Of a stretch of 64,000 bases of DNA, positions 52,527 through 61,989 are shown piece by piece. A program made the translations under genes and the position numbers. Under the pieces are notes generated by a model, which worked only from the letters and a program-made list of their open reading frames with translations, did not search any database and had not been told where the DNA came from. Position 1 is the stretch's first letter. Every line of letters begins with the position of its first letter. The DNA is taken from assembly GCA_963803805.1 (NCBI GenBank), contig CAWDOD010000002.1:800001-864000 (forward strand). The letters run 5' to 3'. The stretch is from an uncultured cyanobacterium (GTDB lineage Bacteria > Cyanobacteriota > Cyanobacteriia > Cyanobacteriales > CAWCAG01).

Positions 52527-52844
52527 ATGCCAGTTTATAAAGTTCGCTTAATCAATAAAAAACTCAATCTTGACCATACCATCGAAGTTCCCCCAGACCA
52601 GTATATATTTGATATTGCTGATGAACTTGGCATCAGCTTACCTTCTGGATGCTTGCAGGGGGAATGTTCTGCTTGTTTAGCTAAAGTTATTAGTGGTAAA
52701 GTAGATCAAAAAGAGCAGAACTTCCTTAAACCAGAAGAAATTAAAGCTGGTTATACAGTAACTTGCGTTGCCTATCCTCAATCTGATTGTGTTTTAGAAA
52801 CTCATCAAGAACAAGTATTATACAAATCGTCTCTTTATTATTGA
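52527..52844 (+). CDS. Plant-type [2Fe-2S] ferredoxin
   Basis: CLQGECSAC...TCVAYP. Confidence 0.93.
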   Translation: MPVYKVRLINKKLNLDHTIEVPPDQYIFDIADELGISLPSGCLQGECSACLAKVISGKVDQKEQNFLKPEEIKAGYTVTCVAYPQSDCVLETHQEQVLYKSSLYY

Positions 52845-52852
52845 AATAATTA

Positions 52853-53275
52853 ATGCCTACTAATCAAACACCTCATTTAACCATAAAAGAAGCAAAAGAA
52901 ATCCTCGATTTTTACAGTTGTACTCAAACAAAAACTGTCAATACAACGAAAGAAAAAGAGCTATTACAGCAAGCAATTTTACTGATTACAGAACAGTCAG
53001 AATCTGAAAACTTAGGTATTTGCGCCAATAATTCACAACAAGCTATGGTTGCTTTATCAAGCTATCTCAAAGCATTAGGTTATGCTTCTCTAATAGAATC
53101 TCTTTCTCTTCCCCCCATAGAACTGCCAGTTTATATTAAATTTAATACTCAAAAAATGTCCCATTTCCTCGATTCTTATAGCGGAGACTACCGGGGAGTA
53201 CTAATTTCTTGCCAAGCTGAGGATGAAGAAATTAATGGAACCTACGGTCATTTTCCCTTAGATTTATTTATTTGA
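52853..53275 (+). CDS. DUF1824 family protein
   Basis: LGICA, VYIKFN, YRGVLISCQ, GTYGHFPLDLF. Confidence 0.88.
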   Translation: MPTNQTPHLTIKEAKEILDFYSCTQTKTVNTTKEKELLQQAILLITEQSESENLGICANNSQQAMVALSSYLKALGYASLIESLSLPPIELPVYIKFNTQKMSHFLDSYSGDYRGVLISCQAEDEEINGTYGHFPLDLFI

Positions 53276-53464
53276 TTCCCTAGCAATCTCACTTTAAATC
53301 TGCTACAATTGCCCAGGGTTTATCAAAAAAAATTGAATAACTTAATGATCCCAACAATGAAACAGTAGTAATGCAAATATCAGTTATTTAGACTTGATTG
53401 TAACCTGTTCTTTGCTATATAAACCTCGCCAAGCTCTCAACAGCTAACGAATTATTAAACCCTA

Positions 53465-54421
53465 ATGAAAGAAAACCAAAACCTAATATCCAATTCTCTG
53501 ATTGTTGGTTGCTGGCAATTAGATAACCGTAGTTGGCAAGCAATGACTGAGGAAGAAATTGGACGCACCATTGACACTTATTTAGCGATGGGCATTAGTA
53601 GCTTCGATACCGCAGATATTTATGGTAGAAGCGAACAAATATTAGGTAAAGTTTTACAAGGAAGAGATTGTACAATCTTGACTAAAGCAGTTTTCTTTGG
53701 GGATATTCCTAACACTAACCAAATTAAGAGCAAAGTTGAAAGTTCTTTGCGCAAACTAAAAAAAGATAGTCTCGATTCCTTGCAAATTCATTGGCACAAT
53801 CCACAATTAGATTTTGCTTCAACCTTAGCAACTTTCAATGAACTTTTGGAAATTGGAAAAATTCGCCAATTAGGAGTAACGAACTTTGATACTCCGATGT
53901 TAGAAAAAGCTTTACAATACGCTCCTATTAAAACCAATCAAGTCCAATACAGCTTAATAGACAGGCGGGCCGAAAATTCCTTACAATCTCTTTGTTTAGA
54001 CAAGGACATAAGTATTCTAGCTTATGGTCCCTTAGCTGGAGGTTTCCTATCTCAGAAATTCTTGGGGCTTAAATTACCACCGATAGAAGGAGAACACGCT
54101 CGCAGTTTTTATTATAGTAGTATGGTTCGCGCGCATGGTGGTTGGTCGCCTGTACAGGAGATGTTACTAACTATGGCTCAAATCGCTAATAAATACCAAG
54201 TTAGTATTTCTCAATTAGCCCTTAATTGGGTTAAAAACCAGCCCGGTGTAGGAGCAGTTATTTCTGGTTTCACTCAAAATCGCCAACAAATTAAGAGCAA
54301 TATAGAAGCGATGGAAATCAAGATAACACCAGAAGATTTGCAATTATTATCTGAACATTCTCATGCTTTATTTAAGCAAGAAGGAGATATTTATTCTTAT
54401 GAAAACGGTCAATTTGCTTAA
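53465..54421 (+). CDS. Aldo/keto reductase
   Basis: GCWQL, FDTADIYG, GVTNF, NQVQYSLID, AYGPLAGG. Confidence 0.92.
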   Translation: MKENQNLISNSLIVGCWQLDNRSWQAMTEEEIGRTIDTYLAMGISSFDTADIYGRSEQILGKVLQGRDCTILTKAVFFGDIPNTNQIKSKVESSLRKLKKDSLDSLQIHWHNPQLDFASTLATFNELLEIGKIRQLGVTNFDTPMLEKALQYAPIKTNQVQYSLIDRRAENSLQSLCLDKDISILAYGPLAGGFLSQKFLGLKLPPIEGEHARSFYYSSMVRAHGGWSPVQEMLLTMAQIANKYQVSISQLALNWVKNQPGVGAVISGFTQNRQQIKSNIEAMEIKITPEDLQLLSEHSHALFKQEGDIYSYENGQFA

Positions 54422-54545
54422 CAGTAGACTCTACAGCCCCTCAAGCAATAGCAAAAATATCTCCTGAAGAGTAATAATCATTAAATGTAGAGGCATCAAA
54501 AAAACACCTCTACACTCAACTTTCAAACAATAAAACTATCCCAAT

Positions 54546-55604
54546 CTAAGTTAAAGCCATCGCTGGTTCTTCCCAACGTTCCACAGCCTTACCAATTACC
54601 GCTAACTCCTTCACCAAACGGTCAAAACGTTCTGGAGTTAGAGATTGGGGTCCATCAGACATCGCCTTAGCAGGGTTCGGGTGAACCTCAATCATTAATG
54701 AATCTGTTCCCGCTGCGATCGCCGCTTTAGCCATCGGAGGAACATATTCCCACTTCCCTGTACCATGACTGGGATCAATCATAATGGGTAAATGGGTCAG
54801 CGATCGCAACACAGGAATCGCCGCTAAATCTAAAGTATTACGGGCATACTTGCGGTCAAATGTACGAATACCCCGTTCACAAAGAATCACATTAGGATTA
54901 CCTGCGGCTAGAATATATTCTGCGGCCATCAGTAGATCATCAATAGTTGCCGCCATCCCCCTTTTCAGGAGAACTGGTTTTTCTTGTCCCCCTACCTTCT
55001 TTAATAAGGAGAAGTTTTGCATATTTCGCGCCCCAATTTGTACCACATCGGCAACAGCGGAGATTTTTTCCACATCGGCAGTATCCATTACTTCTGTGAT
55101 AATGCCTAAGCCCGTAGCTTCCCTAGCGGCTGCCAAGAAATGTAAAGCACTCTCACCATGTCCTTGGAAAGCATAGGGGGAAGTACGAGGCTTATAAGCA
55201 CCACCCCGCAAAAATTTTGCCCCCGCTGCCTTAACTCGCTTAGCGGTTTCTACAATCATCCCCTCATTCTCTACAGAACAAGGGCCAGCCACCAAAACAA
55301 TGGGATGATTTTCGCTAAAACTAACCTTGCCATTGGGAGTAGAAACCACTACTTCACTAGGTTGTCCGTGGCGAAACTCGCGGCTAGCGCGCTTATAGGG
55401 ACGTTCCACTCGCAAAACCCTTTCTATCCAAGGACTAACTTCCTGTAGTTGTAAAGGGTCTAAAGAAGCTGTATCTCCCACTAAACCAATCACAACCTTA
55501 TGTTGACCAACAATTTTTTCTGGGGTTAAGCCCCAACCTGTGAATTCGGTGCTAACACGAGTAATTTCCTCTTCTGGGGAACCCACTTTCATGACAACGA
55601 TCAT
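54546..55604 (-). CDS. aroF: DAHP synthase (class I-beta)
   Basis: AGPCSVE, GGAYKPRTSPY, QIGARNMQN, DPSHG. Confidence 0.95.
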   Translation of the reverse strand: MIVVMKVGSPEEEITRVSTEFTGWGLTPEKIVGQHKVVIGLVGDTASLDPLQLQEVSPWIERVLRVERPYKRASREFRHGQPSEVVVSTPNGKVSFSENHPIVLVAGPCSVENEGMIVETAKRVKAAGAKFLRGGAYKPRTSPYAFQGHGESALHFLAAAREATGLGIITEVMDTADVEKISAVADVVQIGARNMQNFSLLKKVGGQEKPVLLKRGMAATIDDLLMAAEYILAAGNPNVILCERGIRTFDRKYARNTLDLAAIPVLRSLTHLPIMIDPSHGTGKWEYVPPMAKAAIAAGTDSLMIEVHPNPAKAMSDGPQSLTPERFDRLVKELAVIGKAVERWEEPAMALT

Positions 55605-55809
55605 CTATACAATCTCCGTACACCCAGCAGTTTTAACCCTGGGAACAATAAATTAAGAATCGACAATTGAGAAAAATATTTTTACTGACCTGCTATGAGG
55701 TTCGGTTAACTATTTAGATATTTAATCAAACCGAGAATAAAGTTGCGATAAAAAACACAAAACTTTGATTGTTTTGTTGATTTTGTAAGTACCTTAAAAT
55801 CTCTTTAAC

Positions 55810-56286
55810 CTAATTCTGGTCAAATTCTTTCCTTTGTTTGGCTTCCTTTCTGCCTTCCCGCCAAGCACTCCTTGTTTGTCTAAAGTTAGGCCCAACCTCT
55901 TCTAAACCTAGCCAACTGCCTAATCTATTTTCATCCCAGGAACTGGAAAACAAACCATAGCTTAAGCCCAAAACACCTAAGCCAAAAAAGCCTATACTGA
56001 CAAGCAAGACAGCAGAGGTAGGCAGTTTAAACAAGTCGTGGGAGACAATCCAGTAGCTAATAAAAAAGCTCAGAATTCCCAAACTAGTGGGAATACCAGA
56101 AAATAGGGCCATACGACGCACCATACGCTGACTTACAGCATCAGGTATGGCAGCTAGACTTGCCTCTGTTTTAGCCGAGGATTTCTCAGCAACTTTAGCA
56201 GGAGAGGGAGGGGCTTTTTTCGGGGTTTTCTTCTTTTTGTTTTTGGGTTCAAAAGGTAGAGGTTCCCTTTGAGATTCAGAAGACAT
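55810..56286 (-). CDS. pam68: PAM68 family PSII assembly protein
   Basis: LPFEP, IPDAVSQRMVRR, SYGLFSSSWD; downstream of rpsO. Confidence 0.9.
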   Translation of the reverse strand: MSSESQREPLPFEPKNKKKKTPKKAPPSPAKVAEKSSAKTEASLAAIPDAVSQRMVRRMALFSGIPTSLGILSFFISYWIVSHDLFKLPTSAVLLVSIGFFGLGVLGLSYGLFSSSWDENRLGSWLGLEEVGPNFRQTRSAWREGRKEAKQRKEFDQN

Positions 56287-56306
56287 AAGCAGGCTGTATA
56301 GTTGGT

Positions 56307-56576
56307 TTAACGGCGAATGCCAAGACGTTTGATTAACTGGAGATAGCGATCACGGTCTTCGGTTTGAATGAAGGATAATAGCCGACGACGACGGCCAATC
56401 ATTTTTAGTAGTCCCCGGCGAGAAGCAAAATCTTTTTTGTTCTTTTTCAGATGTTCAGTTAGTTGGTTAATGCGTTCAGTCAGCATCGCCACTTGCAGAT
56501 CAGCAGAACCTGTATCGGTTTCGTGCTTCTGATATTCAGACATTAATTCTTGTTTGCGCTGTTGAGTCAGAGTCAT
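56307..56576 (-). CDS. rpsO: 30S ribosomal protein S15
   Basis: HETDTGSADLQVA, SRRGLLKM. Confidence 0.98.
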   Translation of the reverse strand: MTLTQQRKQELMSEYQKHETDTGSADLQVAMLTERINQLTEHLKKNKKDFASRRGLLKMIGRRRRLLSFIQTEDRDRYLQLIKRLGIRR

Positions 56577-56898
56577 AGTTGTTAGGTTATTTTAATAAAA
56601 CGCAGCAGTTTACCATATTATCACTCCTTATTCCGGGTTAGCACCACCGCTATGAAATCAATTTTCGATTCTGTATTGATTATGTTTAGATGGGAATTGA
56701 TGCCCTGGCTGGCTTATTGGTGGCTAAATTAATATGGCTCTATGGCGTTTGTATTATCATCTAACATAAATCCCTATGAAATTAATTCCCTGGCTGAATA
56801 TAATTATTGTTCCGATTAAATATTTAGGCAAAAGCGGGAACAGTACTTAGGGTAGATGAACGTCTATATTTTCATCTACTAAGGTACTATTCTTGATA

Positions 56899-58320
56899 AT
56901 GATTCAACATTTCTCTTCTAAAAGTTCTCCTTTCCTCAAATTGACAATCTTCTGTTTTTCTTTGCTATTGCTCTTAGGAATGGGCAGTTGTCAAGGAAAA
57001 ATAGGGGAAACGGAGTCTAAGAGTCTTATTGAAGTATTGAAATACGAAGCAAGGCAAAATCGCAAATATGCTAGCCAAGCCCAAACCTATAAAGGATTAG
57101 AAGCAATTCCTAATTTCATTGCGGATTTGAAGGCAGAAAATAAAGAAGTTCGTTCTGCTGCTGCTGTTGCTTTAGGAATCATGGGTGCAAAAGAGCCTTC
57201 AGAAGCAGCAACTTTAGTTCCTCACTTAAAATCAGCTTTACAAGACCCTGAAGCTGTGGTGCGTTACTCCGCAGCCCTTGCTTTAGGAAGAATTGGGGCA
57301 ACTTCTTCTGATCCTGCTGCTATTGTCAAAGTATTAATTACCGCTACTGAAGATAAAAACTCTCAAGTACGAGACTCTGCAACTATTTCCCTAGCAAGAA
57401 TTGGTACAAAAGACCCTTTAGTTATACCAGCTTTGATTGCAGCTATGGAAGATTCAGATGTTGGTGTACGCAGTACTGCAGCAGAAGCTTTAGCAAGAAT
57501 TGGCAAAAAAGATTCTTCGGTTATACCTGGTTTTATTGCTACTTTGCAAGCTAAGCGAGGCTATGTACGCTCTATCGCAGCTTATGGTTTAGGATATATG
57601 GGGGCAGAGGCTTCTAGTGCTATTCCCGAAATTATTGTCGCTTTAGAAGATGATCATCCTAGAGTACGCAGGGCTGCAACTACAGCTTTGGGTAGAATTG
57701 CTAAAGAACCAGTATTAACGGTTCCAGCTTTAATTGTGGCTTTAACCGATGAAGATCAGCAAGTACGTAGCATTGCTAGTTCTTCCCTACAAAAAATCAG
57801 CAAACAAGACTCATCGGTAATTCTTGTTTTGTTAGCAGAACTTAAAAATGAGGATGCTGCTGTACGGCAGGGAGTTGCTACAGCTTTAAAAAGAGTTAAA
57901 GCTGAACCTTCGTTGGTAATTCCTGCTTTGTTAGAAGCTTTAGGAGATAAAGATGAGGGGGTACGTCGCTCTGCGGCCCTTACTTTAGGTAAAATAGAAT
58001 CAAGAAATTCGGCTGTTGTACCTGGATTGGTGACCGCTTTTCGGAAGGAAGATCACCAAGTGCAAGAAAGTGCTAGTCTGGCTTTGCAAGAAATTGGTAG
58101 TTCTGCGACTACTGCAGTTATGCCGATCATTTTCCATTCTAATGGAGAAGTTCGTTCCCGTGCGATCGCCTTAACTTGGCAATTGATTCGCTTACAAGTT
58201 CTCTATTGCACAGCTTTAACTATAATAGTTAGTCTGATAGTTTTCTTAGTTCGCAATCCTCAAATTATTATTAATTTCTTATTTTTGCCCCCAGAAGAAA
58301 CAGTTATCAGTGATCAATGA
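56899..58320 (+). CDS. HEAT-repeat protein with lipoprotein-like signal and C-terminal TM
   Basis: Repeated D....VR..AA.ALG.IG units; LLLLGMGSC; hydrophobic C-terminus. Confidence 0.85.
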   Translation: MIQHFSSKSSPFLKLTIFCFSLLLLLGMGSCQGKIGETESKSLIEVLKYEARQNRKYASQAQTYKGLEAIPNFIADLKAENKEVRSAAAVALGIMGAKEPSEAATLVPHLKSALQDPEAVVRYSAALALGRIGATSSDPAAIVKVLITATEDKNSQVRDSATISLARIGTKDPLVIPALIAAMEDSDVGVRSTAAEALARIGKKDSSVIPGFIATLQAKRGYVRSIAAYGLGYMGAEASSAIPEIIVALEDDHPRVRRAATTALGRIAKEPVLTVPALIVALTDEDQQVRSIASSSLQKISKQDSSVILVLLAELKNEDAAVRQGVATALKRVKAEPSLVIPALLEALGDKDEGVRRSAALTLGKIESRNSAVVPGLVTAFRKEDHQVQESASLALQEIGSSATTAVMPIIFHSNGEVRSRAIALTWQLIRLQVLYCTALTIIVSLIVFLVRNPQIIINFLFLPPEETVISDQ

Positions 58321-58333
58321 TCAATTATTAATT

Positions 58334-59983
58334 ATGAAAGAAGATTCTAAGCGGATTTGGCTTTACGATACAACCTTGAGAGATGGTTCTCAAGGGGAGG
58401 GAATATCTTTATCTTTAGAAGATAAATTGAAAATTGCTCGCAAATTGGATGAAATGGGCATTCCCTTTATTGAGGGAGGTTGGCCGGGGGCTAATCCTAA
58501 AGATGTACAATTTTTCTGGCAGCTAAAAGAACAACCTCTTCAACAAGCTGAAGTAGTAGCTTTTTGTTCCACTCGTCGTCCCCAAGTTAAAGCCTCCGAA
58601 GATAAGATGTTACAAGGGATTTTGGCGGCGGGAACCCTTTGGGTAACTATTTTTGGTAAATCTTGGGATCTTCATGTTACAGAGGGTTTGAAGACTAGCT
58701 TAGAAGAAAATTTAGCTATGATTGGCGACACCATTGAGTTTTTGCGAAGCCAAGGACGTAGAGTCATCTATGACGGAGAACATTGGTTTGATGGCTATAA
58801 AAATAATCCTGAATATGCCCTGAAAACTCTACAAACAGCAGTTAAAGCTGGGGCAGAATGGTTAGTTTTTTGTGATACCAATGGGGGGACTCTTCCCCAA
58901 GAAATTAGTGCCATTGTCCGGGAAGTTAGGGCTAAACTAAACTCGACAAATTCTACTCAAACTCCAGCTAAACTTGGCATCCACACCCATAATGACTCTG
59001 GGACAGCCGTTGCTAATGCCCTAGCTGCGGTAGGAGAAGGGGCAACTATGGTACAAGGTACAATTAACGGTTACGGCGAACGTTGTGGCAATGCCAACCT
59101 TTGTACCCTCATCCCCAACTTACAACTGAAACTGGGCTATCAATGTCTTGAGAGTGAACAATTAACTCAATTAACTCCCACTAGCCGCATCATTAGTGAA
59201 ATTGTCAACCTCGCCCCTGATGATAGCGCACCTTTTGTCGGACGTTCTGCTTTTGCCCACAAAGGAGGCATTCACGTCTCTGCGGTGCAACGCAACCCCT
59301 TAACCTACGAACATACTCAACCAGAAGCCATTGGCAATGAACGCAGAATTGTTATTTCTGACCAATCAGGGCTGAGCAATGTGCTGGAAAAAGCCCGTAA
59401 TTTTGGCTTAGAGTTGAACAAAAAAGATCCTGCCTGTAGACAAATTTTAGAACGTCTTAAGGATTTAGAACACCAAGGCTACCAATTTGAAGCAGCCGAA
59501 GCTAGTTTTGAATTATTGATGCGTTCTGCTTTAGCACAACGTCAAGAGATGTTCCAGCTTCAGGGTTTCCAGGTACATTGCGATATGCAAGAGGCGGTTA
59601 ATAAAGGGGATAGCAACGCTTTAGCAACTGTTAAGGTAGCTGTTGACGGTAAAAATATCTTAGAAGTTGCAGAAGGCAATGGCCCTGTTTCCGCTTTAGA
59701 TGCAGCCTTAAGAAAAGCTTTAGTTAAGTTCTATCCCGAAATTGCCGCTTTCCATCTTACTGATTATAAGGTGAGAATTCTTGATGGTGAAGCTGGTACT
59801 TCAGCAAAAACCCGCGTCTTAGTTGAATCGAGTAATGGAAAACAACGTTGGACAACGGTTGGTGTATCTAGCAATATTTTAGATGCTTCTTACCAAGCTG
59901 TTGTAGAAGGTATTGAGTATGGTTTGTTGCTTAATTGTGCAACAACACGAGAACTACTTAAAAGACGATTCTCCTCTTTTTGA
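58334..59983 (+). CDS. cimA: Citramalate synthase
   Basis: YDTTLRDGSQ, GKSWDLHV, HTHNDSG, GERCGNA, AHKGGIH, GNGPV. Confidence 0.92.
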   Translation: MKEDSKRIWLYDTTLRDGSQGEGISLSLEDKLKIARKLDEMGIPFIEGGWPGANPKDVQFFWQLKEQPLQQAEVVAFCSTRRPQVKASEDKMLQGILAAGTLWVTIFGKSWDLHVTEGLKTSLEENLAMIGDTIEFLRSQGRRVIYDGEHWFDGYKNNPEYALKTLQTAVKAGAEWLVFCDTNGGTLPQEISAIVREVRAKLNSTNSTQTPAKLGIHTHNDSGTAVANALAAVGEGATMVQGTINGYGERCGNANLCTLIPNLQLKLGYQCLESEQLTQLTPTSRIISEIVNLAPDDSAPFVGRSAFAHKGGIHVSAVQRNPLTYEHTQPEAIGNERRIVISDQSGLSNVLEKARNFGLELNKKDPACRQILERLKDLEHQGYQFEAAEASFELLMRSALAQRQEMFQLQGFQVHCDMQEAVNKGDSNALATVKVAVDGKNILEVAEGNGPVSALDAALRKALVKFYPEIAAFHLTDYKVRILDGEAGTSAKTRVLVESSNGKQRWTTVGVSSNILDASYQAVVEGIEYGLLLNCATTRELLKRRFSSF

Positions 59984-60018
59984 AGCAGAATAGTTCTTTC
60001 TCCCCAAAACTCTGCACA

Positions 60019-61029
60019 ACGTGAGTTCGATGAAGTTAAAAAACAGCAGAAGGAAGTTCAGCTAGGCCTTTGGGGTCAAGGTCAAGGGAAGGCTTTTTGG
60101 GCAAGAAAGTATAAGCGATTAGACCAGCTAAGAGATTAACCAAAAAATTCCAAACGCTACGGTGTCTTGAATGCTGAATCTGACAGATATTCTTGAGCTG
60201 GTCATTAACAGTCTCAATCAGAGAACGCTTACGTAGGAGAATCTTATCCTGAAGACGCATTAACTTCGGCTTCATATTTTTCTTGCGGTGTGTAATCAGT
60301 TGTAGTCTTTGTTCATAGAGTTTCTCAAACAAATCCTGAGAAATATAACCTCGGTCGCCAAATAACTTACCAATCAAGCCATCAGCCATATCTGGCACAG
60401 GGTTACGGTCATCAGTATTACCCTCTGTAAGTTTGAAAGCAAGCAGCTCACCTTTGTCATTAATAATTAGATGTAGCTTGAAGCCATAATGCCATCCCAT
60501 AGCATTTTTGCCCCAACCTACCAAACCTTCAAAAACACGGTGGCTTTTGGAGCGATTCGGGTGGCAGACCTCAATGGGGGTAGAATCAATAAAGCTGATG
60601 CCGGTAATTTCTCCTCGAAGAGTATGTAGAAAACAGCAAAGAAGCATTAAGCTCCACGGCATTAGCTCTACGAATCGAGTGTAACTGACCAAGTTGGGAA
60701 AAGCTTTCTTCCAGTAAGGCAAGACTTGTAGAGTGTAAAATTCTTTAAAAGTGCGAAATCCCGAACCATGAAAGGCAATGACAATGGTCATCACTTCGCT
60801 TAGGCTTAGGCGGGAGCGACATAGACGCTCTCCACAAGTTGCTGTTAACATTGGCTGTTGTTGCCAATGCCTCTCAAACCTTTGATAAAAGTCATCTACC
60901 TGACAGAATATTTGGGTGATATCGAGACGAGATACAATATTGGACATAGCATCAGATTCTGATTAAGATTCATTTTCAGCATACCTCTGATGCTTTTCTT
61001 TTCTCTCTTTTCCTCCGTCGAACTCACGT
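60019..61029 (-). mobile_element. IS982-family insertion sequence (1011 bp)
   Basis: TIRs ACGTGAGTTCGATGAAG / CTCCGTCGAACTCACGT; TGCACA duplication at 60013-60018 and 61030-61035. Confidence 0.93.
60036..60947 (-). CDS. IS982-family DDE transposase
   Basis: FPNLVSYTRF, FIDSTP, YGFKLHL, GDRGYIS, RSLIETV. Confidence 0.95.
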   Translation of the reverse strand: MSNIVSRLDITQIFCQVDDFYQRFERHWQQQPMLTATCGERLCRSRLSLSEVMTIVIAFHGSGFRTFKEFYTLQVLPYWKKAFPNLVSYTRFVELMPWSLMLLCCFLHTLRGEITGISFIDSTPIEVCHPNRSKSHRVFEGLVGWGKNAMGWHYGFKLHLIINDKGELLAFKLTEGNTDDRNPVPDMADGLIGKLFGDRGYISQDLFEKLYEQRLQLITHRKKNMKPKLMRLQDKILLRKRSLIETVNDQLKNICQIQHSRHRSVWNFLVNLLAGLIAYTFLPKKPSLDLDPKGLAELPSAVF

Positions 61030-61095
61030 TGCACAGTTTTTTGGTAGCTTGAATGGTGCTTAGCAAAGGGATATCACCGGAGTTTGTCTTGGTTT

Positions 61096-61494
61096 TTAAC
61101 TACTCCAACAACCCGAACTCAACAAAATTCCTTGGAATTCCCTGACTCTTTCTAAAGTCATAAAATAAGCCCAAGCTTTACCTAAAAGATTACCTGACAA
61201 ATTGTAGACTTCAACTTGCTGGCGATAATATTCATTTTCTTGCCAGGAAGCTTGAGGATTATAACCTTCTAAACAATCCAAACTTGATAAAATTTCTGGT
61301 TGAGCAAAAGTAAGCAAAAAACCCCTCACTTTACTCTTTCCTGTGGTCATAGCCGGATAGCCCAAGGAAAGATCATAAAGTTCTCCGAAGGTATAAGCTT
61401 CCTGTTGCTCAACAACTTTTTCTACACACAGACGTTGATAGTTTATTTCTCCAGGTTTAAGAGTGCCATAAACGAAGATTCTGATTAGGTTCAC
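61096..61494 (-). CDS. Gamma-glutamylcyclotransferase (GGCT/AIG2-like)
   Basis: IFVYGTLKPG, GYPAM, LDCLEG, AWAY. Confidence 0.9.
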   Translation of the reverse strand: MNLIRIFVYGTLKPGEINYQRLCVEKVVEQQEAYTFGELYDLSLGYPAMTTGKSKVRGFLLTFAQPEILSSLDCLEGYNPQASWQENEYYRQQVEVYNLSGNLLGKAWAYFMTLERVREFQGILLSSGCWSS

Positions 61495-61503
61495 CTTGTC
61501 AAC

Positions 61504-61836
61504 TTAGTAATATTCATCATCATCTAATTCATCGTCGTCGTCGTCATATTCATCATCATCACTCTCTTCATCTAACTCCCCTTCATATTCATCGTCATAT
61601 TCATCGTTGTCATATTCATCATCATCACTCTCTTCATCTAACTCCCCTTCATATTCATCGTCATATTCATCGTTGTCATATTCATCATCATCACTCTCTT
61701 CATACTCATCATCATATTCTTCCTCATCGTCATATAATTCTCCTTCATACTCTTCTGGGGAACCAACTAAATCTCCTAACTTGCTCTTCTTTTTGGTTAC
61801 ACCATTGGTTAAAACCAGTTGCTTGCTTCTGTTCAT
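61504..61836 (-). CDS. Small Asp/Glu/Tyr-rich protein with basic N-terminus
   Basis: ATG ORF ending 9 bp before the GGCT start; codon-periodic repeats. Confidence 0.7.
   Translation of the reverse strand: MNRSKQLVLTNGVTKKKSKLGDLVGSPEEYEGELYDDEEEYDDEYEESDDDEYDNDEYDDEYEGELDEESDDDEYDNDEYDDEYEGELDEESDDDEYDDDDDELDDDEYY
61543..61703. repeat. 66-bp tandem repeat, about 2.4 copies (EYEGELDEESDDDEYDNDEYDD)
   Basis: ACTCTCTTCAT starts at 61561, 61627, 61693. Confidence 0.9.
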
Positions 61837-61989
61837 GAAATTCTTTAAACAAAATGAATCTATATTTTGCAGATCAAATTTAACTTAAGATTGCTATTAC
61901 TCTCAAGAGCCACTCCTAGGTAATCTGTCAATTTTCAATTGACTGGTCAAGGGCAGTACAAATAAACAAAAATATGGAGAACAAAAGCC

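Noticed and set aside
61607-61888. Ser-rich + strand ORF
   Set aside because: Antisense shadow of the Asp/Glu codons; the minus-strand ORF has an ATG and operon context
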